Program-made: the position numbers and the translations under genes
Shown here: in pieces, positions 9,502-19,196 of the stretch
Layout of the letters: each line of letters starts with the position of its first letter
How positions within the stretch are numbered: position 1 is the first letter of the stretch
Assembly: GCA_022826705.1 (NCBI GenBank)
Contig: JAJDUJ010000012.1
Span: 18,486-82,485 of the forward strand
Direction: 5' to 3'
DNA from: Acidimicrobiia bacterium
GTDB taxonomy: Bacteria > Actinomycetota > Acidimicrobiia > Acidimicrobiales > Bin134
Length of the DNA stretch: 64,000 nt
The notes under the pieces: generated by a model
Database searches by the model: none
Seen by the model: the letters and a program-made list of their open reading frames with translations, nothing else
Told to the model about the DNA's origin: nothing

Positions 9502-9594
9502 TCGCTCCCGATCCTACGCCATGCGCTTGGCGGTCAGCATGGCGATTGTTGCCCGATGTTGCCTGTTGTGCTCTGGTTGTTGTAGGTTGTCAGC

Positions 9595-9747
9595 CACCTA
9601 GTGAAAGCCCGTGGGGTTTCCCTGCGGTCAGATGTGTAGTGGGTCGGGAGCCGTATTTCCCCCTCAAGGAATTCTGGGTCTTGGCCCCCTTCGGATTTGG
9701 CCGCGGGCTTTCGCTAGGTGCAAATCCCGACCTTCCGAAGGGGGCCA
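9595..9747 (+). promoter_or_regulatory. Structured 5' leader with alternative long stems, one masking the RBS
   Basis: 9595-9614 pairs with 9701-9720 (20 bp, 2 G-U); 9682-9695 pairs with 9734-9747 (14 bp, covers GAAGGGGG); 9642-9649 pairs with 9725-9732. Confidence 0.5.
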
Positions 9748-9751
9748 CCTC

Positions 9752-12119
9752 GTGTTCCGCCGTTCCGTTGTTCTGTTCGTCGCGTTGTGTTTGGCCGCGG
9801 CGTTGTTGCCCGCCGCTGTCCAGGCCCATTCTCCGCGGTCTGAGACCTACAACTATGAGGTCGATGTCCCCAAGACTAAAGAGGTCCCGGTCTACACGTG
9901 GGTTTCGCTCCGCGTCCGTGTCGCGCCGTTCACCAAGACGGTGCCGGTGTACGGGCCGGGAACTGTCACTGAGTGTGTGACCATCAACGAACAGCACGTC
10001 TGTTACGGGGTGCCGGGAATTGTGCAGGTGGGCACCAAGACGGTTCCCGTTTACAACTACAAGACCGGCGAGCCGTTCCGGGTGCAGACCGGCACGAAGA
10101 TCGAGACCTACACGGTCACGGAGACCAGAACCGGAACCCGCAGAGTCCACACTCCCCACACCTGTACCCCCCCCGGCGGTGCTGCAAGGACACGACACCT
10201 GCGTAAGCCCAGCCCCGAAGCCTGGCCCTTCCTCTACCCCAGCCCCGACTCCCAAGCCGACATGCCCGGCGCACACCTTTGAGCAGCCGCTTCCGCAGCG
10301 CGCGGTTTTCTATATCGACGCTGAAGAGGTAATCAGGCTCCAATCCGATTACGAACGCGGATATCCGGCTGGTTCCTATGTCGTATGGGAGCCTGTTTGG
10401 AAGGCGCTCGACGACAACCCCAACTGCTACCAAGTTCTGCTGCGCACCAACAGCAAATTGACGTTGGGCGACGTTTGGGACGGTGTTTGGGACGGCGTAT
10501 CGGGATTCGTTCTCGACGGCGTGAAGTACGCAGTCATCGGTGGGAAAACCGTTATAAACGGGGCAGAATTTATTGTCAGAAACGGAAAACTAGTCCTTGA
10601 AGTAGCAGAGGACCATGTGCTCTCAGCAGCAGAAACAGCGGCCAAAGCGGCGGCAGACTCAGCTATAACAGCCCTCGAAGCAACCGACAGATACCTCAAA
10701 ACAACGCTTTGCTCCGCTACTGGTGCAGGAGTAACAACGATAGCGGCTGGAACCGCGGGTCATTTCGCCGGAAAGACGGCAACTATAGCCAGAATCGCTG
10801 CGACTGTGAGCCTCGCAACGCCACCCGGCATCGGAACAGCTATAGGAATAGGGATAGGGATAGCAATTGTTGCTTATTGCACCGACGGGTTCACGTCTAA
10901 TCCCTACAACGATTCGGCTCCGGAGCCTGCTTCTGGTTTGTCTGCGAGCGCCGGGGCCGGGCGGATAGTGGTTGCCTGGTCCGCGTCGGCGACGGTTCCC
11001 GCGGCTGGTTTCGGTTATCGGGTTCAGTGGTTGTCGGGTTCTCAGACGTGGGCTGAGTCTGAGGCTGCGGACCAGTTTGAGGATTTGAAGCACGGTTCGG
11101 ATTTGGCGACCTCGTACACGATCACCGGGCTTTCGGGCGGGTCGGCCTATGACGTGAGGGTGGCGGCGTTCAACGCCGATGGGTTCTCTGATTGGGTTTC
11201 CGGCCAGGCCACCCCCACAGCCCCGGCGGTGTCGGCTCCCGATCCGGCGTCGGCCCTGTCGGTTGTGGCGGGCGATAAGCAGATCGCGGTCTCGTGGTCG
11301 GCGTCGCCCACCACCGAGGGCCTGCTGGGCTACCGGGTGCAGTGGAAGACGGGCGCTCAGACGTGGGATCAGGCGGTGTCGGCCAACCAGTTCCACTCGG
11401 TCACCGGCACCCGCCATGAGATCACCGGGCTTGTGAACGGCTCGGCCTATGACGTGCGCGTGGCCGCGTTCAACAAACAGGGCCTATCGACCTGGATCGA
11501 CGCCACCGCCACCCCCACCGCCCCGGCCTCAGCTCCCGATCCGGCGTCGGGCCTGTCGGTTACAGCGGGCGATAAGCAGATCGCGGTCTCGTGGTCGGCG
11601 TCGGCCACCACTCCCGCCGCCGGGTTCGGCTATCGGGTGCAGTGGAAGCTTGTGACCCAGGCGTGGGGTGACGCCGCTGTGGGGTCCGAGGACTTGGACC
11701 ACGGCTCGGATTTGGCCACATCGCACACGATCACCGGGCTTGTGAACGGCTCGGCCTACGACGTGCGGGTGGCCGCGTTCAACGCTGATGGCGTCTCAGA
11801 CTGGATCACCGGCCAGACCACCCCCGCAGCCCCCAAGCCGAATCCGAAGCCCTCTTTGGCGTTCGACTCTGTTTCGTGCGAGTCGTCGGGCTCGGGCTGG
11901 GTCATCTCGGTTTCTTGGAGCAAAACCCCCGAAACCCTCAAACCGGACATCTGGGCGAACGAGGCGAAAAACCGCGGCCACCGCGGATTCCAACGCGCGG
12001 TCGCGGGCACCTCGACGACGTTCGACGTGCCGAACGCCGGTTGGTACCAAGTCGGAATGCAAGCCAAGATCGCCGGAAACAAAAAAGTAGGCGACAGCGA
12101 GCCGGTGCGCTGCCGATAG
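9752..12119 (+). CDS. Secreted multidomain protein: signal peptide, beta-rich N-domain, Gly/Ala-rich hydrophobic module, 3x fibronectin type III; frameshift at a C8 tract
   Basis: GTG after GAAGGGGG; signal MFRRSVVLFVALCLAAALLPAAVQA; removing one C from 10167-10174 joins ORF 9611..10282 to ORF 10020..12119 (788 aa); FN3 motifs VSWS, GYRVQW, TITGL.NGSAYDVRVAAFN. Confidence 0.8.
10914..11830 (+). repeat. Three tandem FN3-encoding units (about 300 bp each)
   Basis: Near-identical DNA blocks such as gcgggcgataagcagatcgcggtctcgtggtcggcgtcg and gatcaccgggcttgtgaacggctcggccta in units 2 and 3. Confidence 0.9.
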
Positions 12120-12129
12120 AACCGCACCC

Positions 12130-12239
12130 CCGCAAAACCCGAGACCGCAAAACCCGAGACCGGCAAAACCCGCTGGGGCGCTCTCCCGGCGCTGTGGTGG
12201 CGCTGAGGCCCGCTGGGGCGCTCTCCTGGCGCTGTGGTG
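12130..12239. repeat. Nested short tandem repeats downstream of the FN3 gene
   Basis: ccgcaaaacccgaga x2 plus a partial third; cccgctggggcgctctccYggcgctgtggtg at 12169 and 12209 (40-bp period). Confidence 0.85.
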
Positions 12240-13062
12240 ATCGGCCCGCCCCTCGGGGCCTCCAGCGGCGCTGTGGGCGCTCCCAGCTCCCGCTGCGGCG
12301 GCCCCGAGGCCCCCGCCCGCGCCGCCCGCCGGACCCATAAACCGCCCCCAGCCCCAGCGCAGCGCCCCCCGGCCCCCTCCGGTGTTACACCCCACCCCCG
12401 AAACCCACCCCCGGAGCCGAGCGCCGGCGTCGATCCCCGAGGCCCTCCAGCTCGGCTGTGGCGGCCCCTGGTGGACGTCGGGGGCCTGGGCGTGGCCCTC
12501 GATCCGCTGGGGCCTCCGGCTCGGCCTGGTGGGCGGTGGCGGTGTTTGGGGGCTTTGGGGGTGCTCGGGTACCGGGCTGGGGCCGTAACGGGCCGCTGTG
12601 GCGGTGCGGGGCGCTCTCAGCGCCGGTTTTGGGGGCCACGCGGTCGATCCGCTTATGGGTGGCTTGGCGGGTGAGCCCGGATTGCTCTGAGAGGAACAGG
12701 ATTCCGGTTTGCGGGGCCAGCTCGGCCATGAGCTAGCTAGCCAGCTCCGACCATTGGGCCATCATCTCGCCCACGTCTCGCATTCGGGCCAAAACGGCCT
12801 CTAGCTGATCCATCAGCGGCTCATCGTCCCAAATGACTATCGGCCGATCCTGGAGCTCGGGGGAAGCGGAAACCATGTAATCAAGGTGTGAAAACGGCCT
12901 TAGAGCGCCGCAGGCCCGGAGGCAGCGCCGGGAGGCCCTGGGAGGCCTTGACGGCCCTAGAATCGAGCCCTGAGGGCGTCGCGCCCGATCCCCCGGAGCT
13001 GGAGGCCTCACAGCTCTTTTCTGGCCGCCGGGCAGCCCGGCGTCATTCGATACTGTGTCCGC

Positions 13063-13386
13063 ATGGCTGTTACCAGCGTCCCTAAAAGCTGGCTGCGGGA
13101 GTGGCGGCGCTCGGTTTTGCTGCTGTTGTTCTGCGGTTACGGGGTAATGATGAACGGCATTTGGGCTCTGGTTGTATATACGCCGATGGGCTGGTCTGAT
13201 CTTGGGGCCTTCGGCGGTGCTTTTGTGGGGTCGTTTGTGAGCATGATGGCCATGAGCAAAAAGGCGGCCCTGCGGCAGTTGCAGCGGTTCTCCGATTTTG
13301 GGATCGAGCCCGAGAGCCCTGAGACGTTCGTGAAGTCTCCCCGCGCCATAGCCCGGAGACGCGCCAGGGCTAGGAGAACGGATTGA
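13063..13386 (+). CDS. Small two-TM membrane protein, unknown function
   Basis: VLLLLFCGYGVMMNGIWALVVY and LGAFGGAFVGSFVSMMAM, basic tail; lower GC than flanks. Confidence 0.6.
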   Translation: MAVTSVPKSWLREWRRSVLLLLFCGYGVMMNGIWALVVYTPMGWSDLGAFGGAFVGSFVSMMAMSKKAALRQLQRFSDFGIEPESPETFVKSPRAIARRRARARRTD

Positions 13387-13649
13387 ACCCCTGCCCGCGC
13401 CCCCGGCTCCGAGAGGGCCAGATTCTTAGCCGGCTGCTCGGCGGTATCGGCCGGACCGCTGCGGTGGGGCGGGGCATGATCGCTCACGCCCTCACCCCCA
13501 CCAGCGCTCCCAAGCTCGAGCGCCTGGGCTTGAGATTTCAGGGCCGCTCTCTCCTATCACCACTTCTGCCAGCTTGGCTGCGCGGTTCACAACGCTTCGG
13601 GCCATGCCCCCACTGTAGGGGAGCGGGCGGGCCGGGGCCACTGGCTGGC

Positions 13650-13910
13650 CTAGGGGTCGGGGCGGCCGAAAATGTCGATGTCATCGCGGTCGCTTTCGAG
13701 CGTGCGGAAGCGATGGCTCAACCATTTTCCGGCGCGGAAAACCAGATAGGAGCCAAAAATCACGATGCTGAAAGTGCAGAGCACCAGGTAGAGGGGGGAG
13801 AGGCCCAGACCGGCCAGCCCATCTCTGATTTCGCCGGTCATCGCCCCGCAGACGATGGGCGGGTATCCATACCAGGGCATCTTTTTGTAGTTCTCTCGTA
13901 AGACCCCCAC
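13650..13910 (-). CDS. Small membrane protein, unknown function
   Basis: WYGYPPIVCGAM and LGLSPLYLVLCTFSIVIFGSYLVF, charged tail. Confidence 0.55.
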   Translation of the reverse strand: MGVLRENYKKMPWYGYPPIVCGAMTGEIRDGLAGLGLSPLYLVLCTFSIVIFGSYLVFRAGKWLSHRFRTLESDRDDIDIFGRPDP

Positions 13911-13917
13911 AGCCCTG

Positions 13918-15390
13918 TTACCGCCCAGGGGCCGCCAGCGCTGCGGGGGTCGGGTTGGGCGGCCGCTGGAAGCTCATTCCGCAGGCGTTTAGAACCCGGT
14001 TGATTTCTCTGGCGGCGCCGGTGGTGTCGAAAACGATTGTGCCGATCAGAGACTCATCGTGGTTCCATGCTGTGAAGGTGAGTTCTTGGGTTGCGGTCAG
14101 CCAATCGGCGAACTCTATGGGGTTGGGGGCGAGTGCGTGTTCGTTGTTTTCGGATTCCTCCCACAGCACGTTTTCCAGCGGGTGCGGGGGCGAGCCGTCG
14201 CGTTCGTAGTAGACGGGGATTTTGCCGCTGAGCGCTTGTTGGCCGCTTATGCGTTGGCCGTCGAAGTCAACGAAAACGCTGAGCGAACCGTCCTCGCAAA
14301 GGATATTGAGCGTCGGGGTGTCGTCGTCGTAGGGGTGGTCGAAAGTGTTGCTCTCTGAGAGGAGGAAGCTGTGGACATACAGAAACCCCGGAACGAGGCT
14401 TTCGAGCCGGACCCAAGACGTGCCTTCCACCAAGCACAAGGTAACGAGGTCCTCAAATTCAAGGAACGGCAGGCAGGCCGGATCGTCTGAGCTTTCCTGC
14501 GTGCCGCAAACTCCCGCTGTGGGGATGCCCGCATACTCGGTGAAAAGGTGGTCGGCCACGCAGCGGAAAACGTCGTTGTGGAAGCACCTTTGAAGCTCCC
14601 TGTCGAAGGCGGCCTGGTCGCACTCTGCTATTGAGGGGTGGTCTCTCATCAAGGCGTGGGCCACTTCGTGCAACAGCGTCTCGGTGAAAGCGTCTGAGCG
14701 GGTGATGTGGTGGGCCTCGAAGTCGTAGCAGCCCAAGACAACGCCGCCGAGAGCGCAGGCGGTGGCGGCGTTCGCCGGAACCAGGGCGCTTGTCGGCGGG
14801 TCGGCCGGTTTGCCCTCCACTTCGACTTCCTCCCAAATCACCCCGATCAAAGCATCGGCGTCGGCATCGGACAATGCCCGGTTGTGATCTGGGTTGTCCC
14901 GGTACGGCTCCCAAGCGCAATTCTCCCAGGCGTAGCCGCCCCGCGAGGCTTGCTCAGCGCACCTTCCCTCCGGGGCGTCGGCGGGAACCTCTATGAGAAC
15001 AGCGCCGCTAGCCGGGGTGGTTGCCGCTGGTGCTTGCGGCCCATCGGTTTGGCCGTCTTCGTTTGCGCCCCAGCACTTGATGGCGCCCGCGGTGTCGATG
15101 GCGCACAAAACAAGCCAGAGCCAGCTGAGATGTCGGTGTAGCGGCCCTCCGGCGCATCGGTTACGATAACCGCGTTGTCGCCCCAGCAGGCGATGGTCTG
15201 GTCGGCTGCGATGGCGCACGAAAACAAGCCAGAGCCGGCTGAGATGGCGGTGTAGCCGCCCCCTTCCGGCGCATCGGCCTGGCCGTCGTCGTTCAAGCCC
15301 CAGCACTTGATGTCACCCCGCAGTGTCGATGGCGCACGAATGGCTCTGGCCGGCGGCGATGGCGGTGTAGCGGCCGGCTTGCTCGTAGCG
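13918..15390 (-). pseudogene. Frameshifted, 5'-truncated RCC1-repeat protein with HExxH zincin-like domain and VasI-like C-terminal domain
   Basis: RCC1 units (YTAIAAGQSHSCAID, IKCWG.NDDGQADAPEG) are spread over three frames; LLHEVAHAL...H..F motif; C-terminal PTLNILC...W...VFDTTGAAREINRVLNACG. Confidence 0.7.
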
Positions 15391-15683
15391 GTCGCCTGTT
15401 TCCAGGCGACGCGGTACTTGAGCAAAAAGAACCCCGAGAGCAGCGGCGGCGTTCGGCTCGATTCCCCTGAGCCGTAGCGGCTGCGGGCAGGGAGGTGAGT
15501 TTTGCCATGAGGCCAAGCTACCCCGCAGCGCCCACAGCGCCGCCATAGCCGCCACAGCGGCCGAGAGAGCGCCCAGGGCCTCGGGGGTGTTCGGTGTCGG
15601 CGGGTATTGTGCGGGTGTGGCTCGGGTTTGGCTACCGGGTGGGGGCAGAATGCAGAGTCTTTGGCCTAGGATCGGCTCAAGCT

Positions 15684-16505
15684 ATGAAGGTGACACTTTG
15701 CGGTACGGGAACGCCGCTGCCCGATCCAAACCGGGCCGGGCCGGCAACGCTGGTTGAGGCCGGCACCACGACGCTGATGGTGGACGCGGGGCGGGGGGCG
15801 CTGATGCGGCTGGTGGCGGCCGGGGTGCTGCCGCTGGGGCTGGATGCCGTTCTGCTCACCCACCTGCACTCCGACCACATCTGCTCACTCAACGACGTGG
15901 TCTCGATGCACTGGACGATGAGCAGCGAGCCCACGCCGCTGAAAGTGTACGGCCCGGTCCGCACCAAGGAGATGGCAGACGGCCTGTTGGCCATGCTCGG
16001 CCCCGACATCAGCTTCCGCCTGGCCCACCACGACGATCTCACCTGGGAACCCATTGTGGAGGTGGAAGAGGTGTTGGCGGGAGACCATTTTGAGGTGGGC
16101 GAAGCCGCGGTCATAGTGGGGCGGACCAACCATGCACCGGTGGAGCCGTCAGTGGCATTCCGGGTGGAGCATGAGGGCGTTGTGGCAGTGCTGGGCGGCG
16201 ACGGAGTTCCCTGCGACGAGCTCGACGAGCTGTGCGATGGGGCCGACGCTTATGTGCAGACCGTGATGCGCGACGACTTAGTGCGGCTCGTTCCCTCCGA
16301 GCGGTTCCTCGACATCTTGGACTACCACTCAACGGTGCAGGACGCGGCGCGGACCGCGGCGCGGGCCGGGGTGGCCCGGTTGGTGCTGACCCACTACATC
16401 CCGTCGCTGCCCGCGGGCCAAGAGGATGAGTGGCGGGCGCTGGCCGCCGAGCACTTCGAGGGTGAGATAATCGTGGGCGACGACCTCACGGTGGTTGAGT
16501 TCTAG
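15684..16505 (+). CDS. MBL-fold metallo-hydrolase, RNase Z/AtsA-like
   Basis: GTGTPLP, THLHSDH, DYHSTV, LVLTHYIP. Confidence 0.9.
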   Translation: MKVTLCGTGTPLPDPNRAGPATLVEAGTTTLMVDAGRGALMRLVAAGVLPLGLDAVLLTHLHSDHICSLNDVVSMHWTMSSEPTPLKVYGPVRTKEMADGLLAMLGPDISFRLAHHDDLTWEPIVEVEEVLAGDHFEVGEAAVIVGRTNHAPVEPSVAFRVEHEGVVAVLGGDGVPCDELDELCDGADAYVQTVMRDDLVRLVPSERFLDILDYHSTVQDAARTAARAGVARLVLTHYIPSLPAGQEDEWRALAAEHFEGEIIVGDDLTVVEF

Positions 16506-16652
16506 GCTCTTGCACACGCCGCCGAATCTGTTGTTGGCGCGCGGTTGGACTCGGATCGAAGCCTTGGGCTTGTGTCCGAAATTGACACCGTTGTCCTGTA
16601 ACCTTCACGAGGGTTGGAAACAGCCACTCAAGGCGATAACAGGCGGGCAGGC

Positions 16653-19085
16653 ATGAGCAAGTTGTTCCAGGTTTACGGTCGTTGGGTTGGGCTCCGTCCG
16701 TGGACGGCGCTGGTGGCAATGCTGGTGGTGACCGTGATAGCGGTGGTTGGCTTCACCAGAACCTCCGACACCGCGGACGTGGAGGATGCGTTCCTGCCCG
16801 AGGGCAGCGAGCTGGTGGAGGCCATCGACAACTTGGCCGAGAGCTTTCCCGACTCCGCTGAGCTCGAGGTGATGCAGGTGGTGCTGCGGGGCGATGTTCT
16901 GAGCCCCGCGGGCGCGGCCGATGCCGCCGCGGCCACCAACACCGCCGCCGCCCACCCGGAACTGGCCGGCTACCTGTTCCAAGACCGGCCGGCCACATCG
17001 CCCGGCCATGTGCTGGCCAAGATGCTCGCCGGTCCCGGTGGGGACCCCCGCAGCATGGATCTGGCATCGGTCCCGCAGGGGGAGATCGACGCCGCCATCG
17101 CCGACGAGTCCAACGCCGCGCTGGCCGTGTTCCTGGACGAGATCGTGGCCCGCGACGATGCGGGCCGAGTAATCGGCGGCATCGGCATCGTCACGGTGAA
17201 CGCCTACGGCGACCCCGACGGGCTGGCCGAGGCGCAGCTAACGGTGGACGAGGCGGTGAAGCAGGTGCCGCTGGCCGAGCTGGAATCGGCCCGCGCCGCC
17301 TCTCAGGGCAAGAGCGACAAGGAGTCCGACGACTCCAGCCAGAGTTCCACCCGCAACCTCATGCTGGTGGCGTTTCTGGTGATCGCCGTACTGCTGGTGC
17401 TGTTCTACCGGCAGCTATCCGACGTGTTGTTGTCGATGGGCGGGTTGATCCTCACCATCGTGTGGGCGCTCGGCTTCCAAGGGCTGCTCGGCCCCGATGG
17501 ACTCGGCCTGATCGGAGCCCCCAGCGTGCTGGCCCAGATGGTGCCGGTGATGCTCATCGGGCTGTGCGTGGACTACGGCATACAGGTCACCTCCCGCTAT
17601 CGCGAGGTGCGCTCCGGAGGGGCCGATACCACCGAGGGCATCTCCAAGTCGGTGGCCGGGGTGATGCTGCCCCTGGGATTGGCCGGGGTGACCACTATCG
17701 TCAGCTTCCTCACCAACCTGTTCGGCGATATCTCGGGGCTGGCCGACTTCGGCGTGGTGGCCGCGGTGGGCGTGTTCAGCGGCCTGACCGTGTTCTTGAC
17801 CGCGGTTCCTGCGGCGCGCTCGCTGTTGGACCGCCGAGGCGAGGCCAAGGGCAAAACACCCCAGATCCGGCCCATCGACCAGGCCATCCCCGGCGCCGGC
17901 AAGCTGGTGCAGTCCATCGGCGGCGCCACGGTGCGCCGCCCCTCGGTCATCTTGGCGGCCACCGGCATCGTCACCGTGGTCTTCATGGCGCTCACCACTC
18001 AGCTCGGCACCGAGTTCAACTCCACCGACTTCATCCCCGACGGCACCGAGAGCAAAGAAGACGCTGTGTTCATGACCGAGAACCTGGGCGGCAACACCGA
18101 GCCGGTGACCGTACTGGTGGAATCCGATCTGTCCGACGACCGCACGTTGCGCAACCTGCTGGACTTCTCTGCGGCCATCGAAGACCCCTCTCAGCGGCCC
18201 GAGGCGGTGAGCAGCGCTATCACCAACTCGCTGGGCACCTACTTCGCCGACCTGCCCACGGAATTGCAGGCCCAAATCCAAGGTGAGTTGACGCCCGACG
18301 ATTCAAGCCCGCTCGTCATCGACAGCGACACCATCGACCGCGTGCTCGAGTTGATGCGCAGCCACGATCCAGATCGCTTCGACTCGGTAGTGGCGCTGGG
18401 GGCGGCAGGCAGCGACGACCGCACCATCTTGCAGTTCAACGCGCTCACCGGCGACGCCGACCGCACCCGCGAGCTGTTCGCCGACGTGGACGGGCTGTGG
18501 TTTGGCAGCGACGACGACATCACCCCGGTGGCCAATGAGATCACCTCACTGGAGGTTACCGACAGCCTCACCGAGAGCCAGGCCACCTCCATCATGTTGA
18601 CCATCCTGGCCGCCTTGGCGGTGCTGATCCTGTTCTTCTGGATCACCGAGTTCCGGCCCATGCTGGCCATCTTGTCGGTGCTGCCCATCCTGCTGGTGCT
18701 GGTGTGGGTGCTGGGCACCATGGTGCTCCTGGGCTACAGCTACAACGTGATAACTGCTCTAATCACCGCGCTGTCCATCGGCATCGGCGTGGACTACACC
18801 ATCCACGTCACCCACCGCTTCATCGAAGAGGTGGACCACGGCAAATCGATCAGCGAGGCCATCAACACCACGATGAGCACCACCGGTGGGGCGCTCATCG
18901 GCTCGGCGCTCACTACGGCGCTGGGGTTCATGGTGCTGATGTTCAGCCCCATCGCGCCGATGGGCCAGTTCGGTCTGCTCACTGCCATCACCGTCATCTA
19001 CTCGCTCATCGCCGCAGTAGTGGTGCTGCCCCCGATGCTGGTCATCTGGGCCGCCTACCACCGCTGGCGCCAAGAGGCCCACTAA
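16653..19085 (+). CDS. MMPL/RND family transporter
   Basis: Two TM repeats with IGLCVDYGI and IGIGVDYTIH. Confidence 0.92.
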   Translation: MSKLFQVYGRWVGLRPWTALVAMLVVTVIAVVGFTRTSDTADVEDAFLPEGSELVEAIDNLAESFPDSAELEVMQVVLRGDVLSPAGAADAAAATNTAAAHPELAGYLFQDRPATSPGHVLAKMLAGPGGDPRSMDLASVPQGEIDAAIADESNAALAVFLDEIVARDDAGRVIGGIGIVTVNAYGDPDGLAEAQLTVDEAVKQVPLAELESARAASQGKSDKESDDSSQSSTRNLMLVAFLVIAVLLVLFYRQLSDVLLSMGGLILTIVWALGFQGLLGPDGLGLIGAPSVLAQMVPVMLIGLCVDYGIQVTSRYREVRSGGADTTEGISKSVAGVMLPLGLAGVTTIVSFLTNLFGDISGLADFGVVAAVGVFSGLTVFLTAVPAARSLLDRRGEAKGKTPQIRPIDQAIPGAGKLVQSIGGATVRRPSVILAATGIVTVVFMALTTQLGTEFNSTDFIPDGTESKEDAVFMTENLGGNTEPVTVLVESDLSDDRTLRNLLDFSAAIEDPSQRPEAVSSAITNSLGTYFADLPTELQAQIQGELTPDDSSPLVIDSDTIDRVLELMRSHDPDRFDSVVALGAAGSDDRTILQFNALTGDADRTRELFADVDGLWFGSDDDITPVANEITSLEVTDSLTESQATSIMLTILAALAVLILFFWITEFRPMLAILSVLPILLVLVWVLGTMVLLGYSYNVITALITALSIGIGVDYTIHVTHRFIEEVDHGKSISEAINTTMSTTGGALIGSALTTALGFMVLMFSPIAPMGQFGLLTAITVIYSLIAAVVVLPPMLVIWAAYHRWRQEAH

Positions 19086-19196
19086 ACTAGCCACCTGCTT
19101 TCCCCGCAGAAGGCTCTGCGCGGGGGGAGCCCCAACGTTGACAACACCTATGACGCCCGGGGTGCGCTGTGTAGCCCGGCATTAGCTGGCTATAGG

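Noticed and set aside
9100-9510. Integron attC sites around the small membrane genes (GTTAAAC at 9111, GCTCAAC at 9444)
   Set aside because: No matching partner core sites at a suitable distance, genes face both ways, and no integron integrase is in the window
9588-9660. Resemblance to HEARO/omega RNA start (GTCAGCCACC) or group II intron motifs (GTGAAAGCCC, GAGCCGTAT)
   Set aside because: Only short word matches; no IscB, TnpB or RT gene and no domain V hairpin
12130-12172. cgcaaaaccc shared with the IS3 inverted repeat
   Set aside because: Only 10 bp and lacks the terminal TG...CA part; likely chance
12733-12880. Short acidic minus-strand ORF tail (MVSASPELQDRPIVIWDDEPLMDQ...)
   Set aside because: Could be a gene remnant but has no recognisable family or clear start
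16582-16604. TTGACA and TAACCT upstream of the MMPL gene as a sigma-70 promoter
   Set aside because: Spacing is only 11 bp
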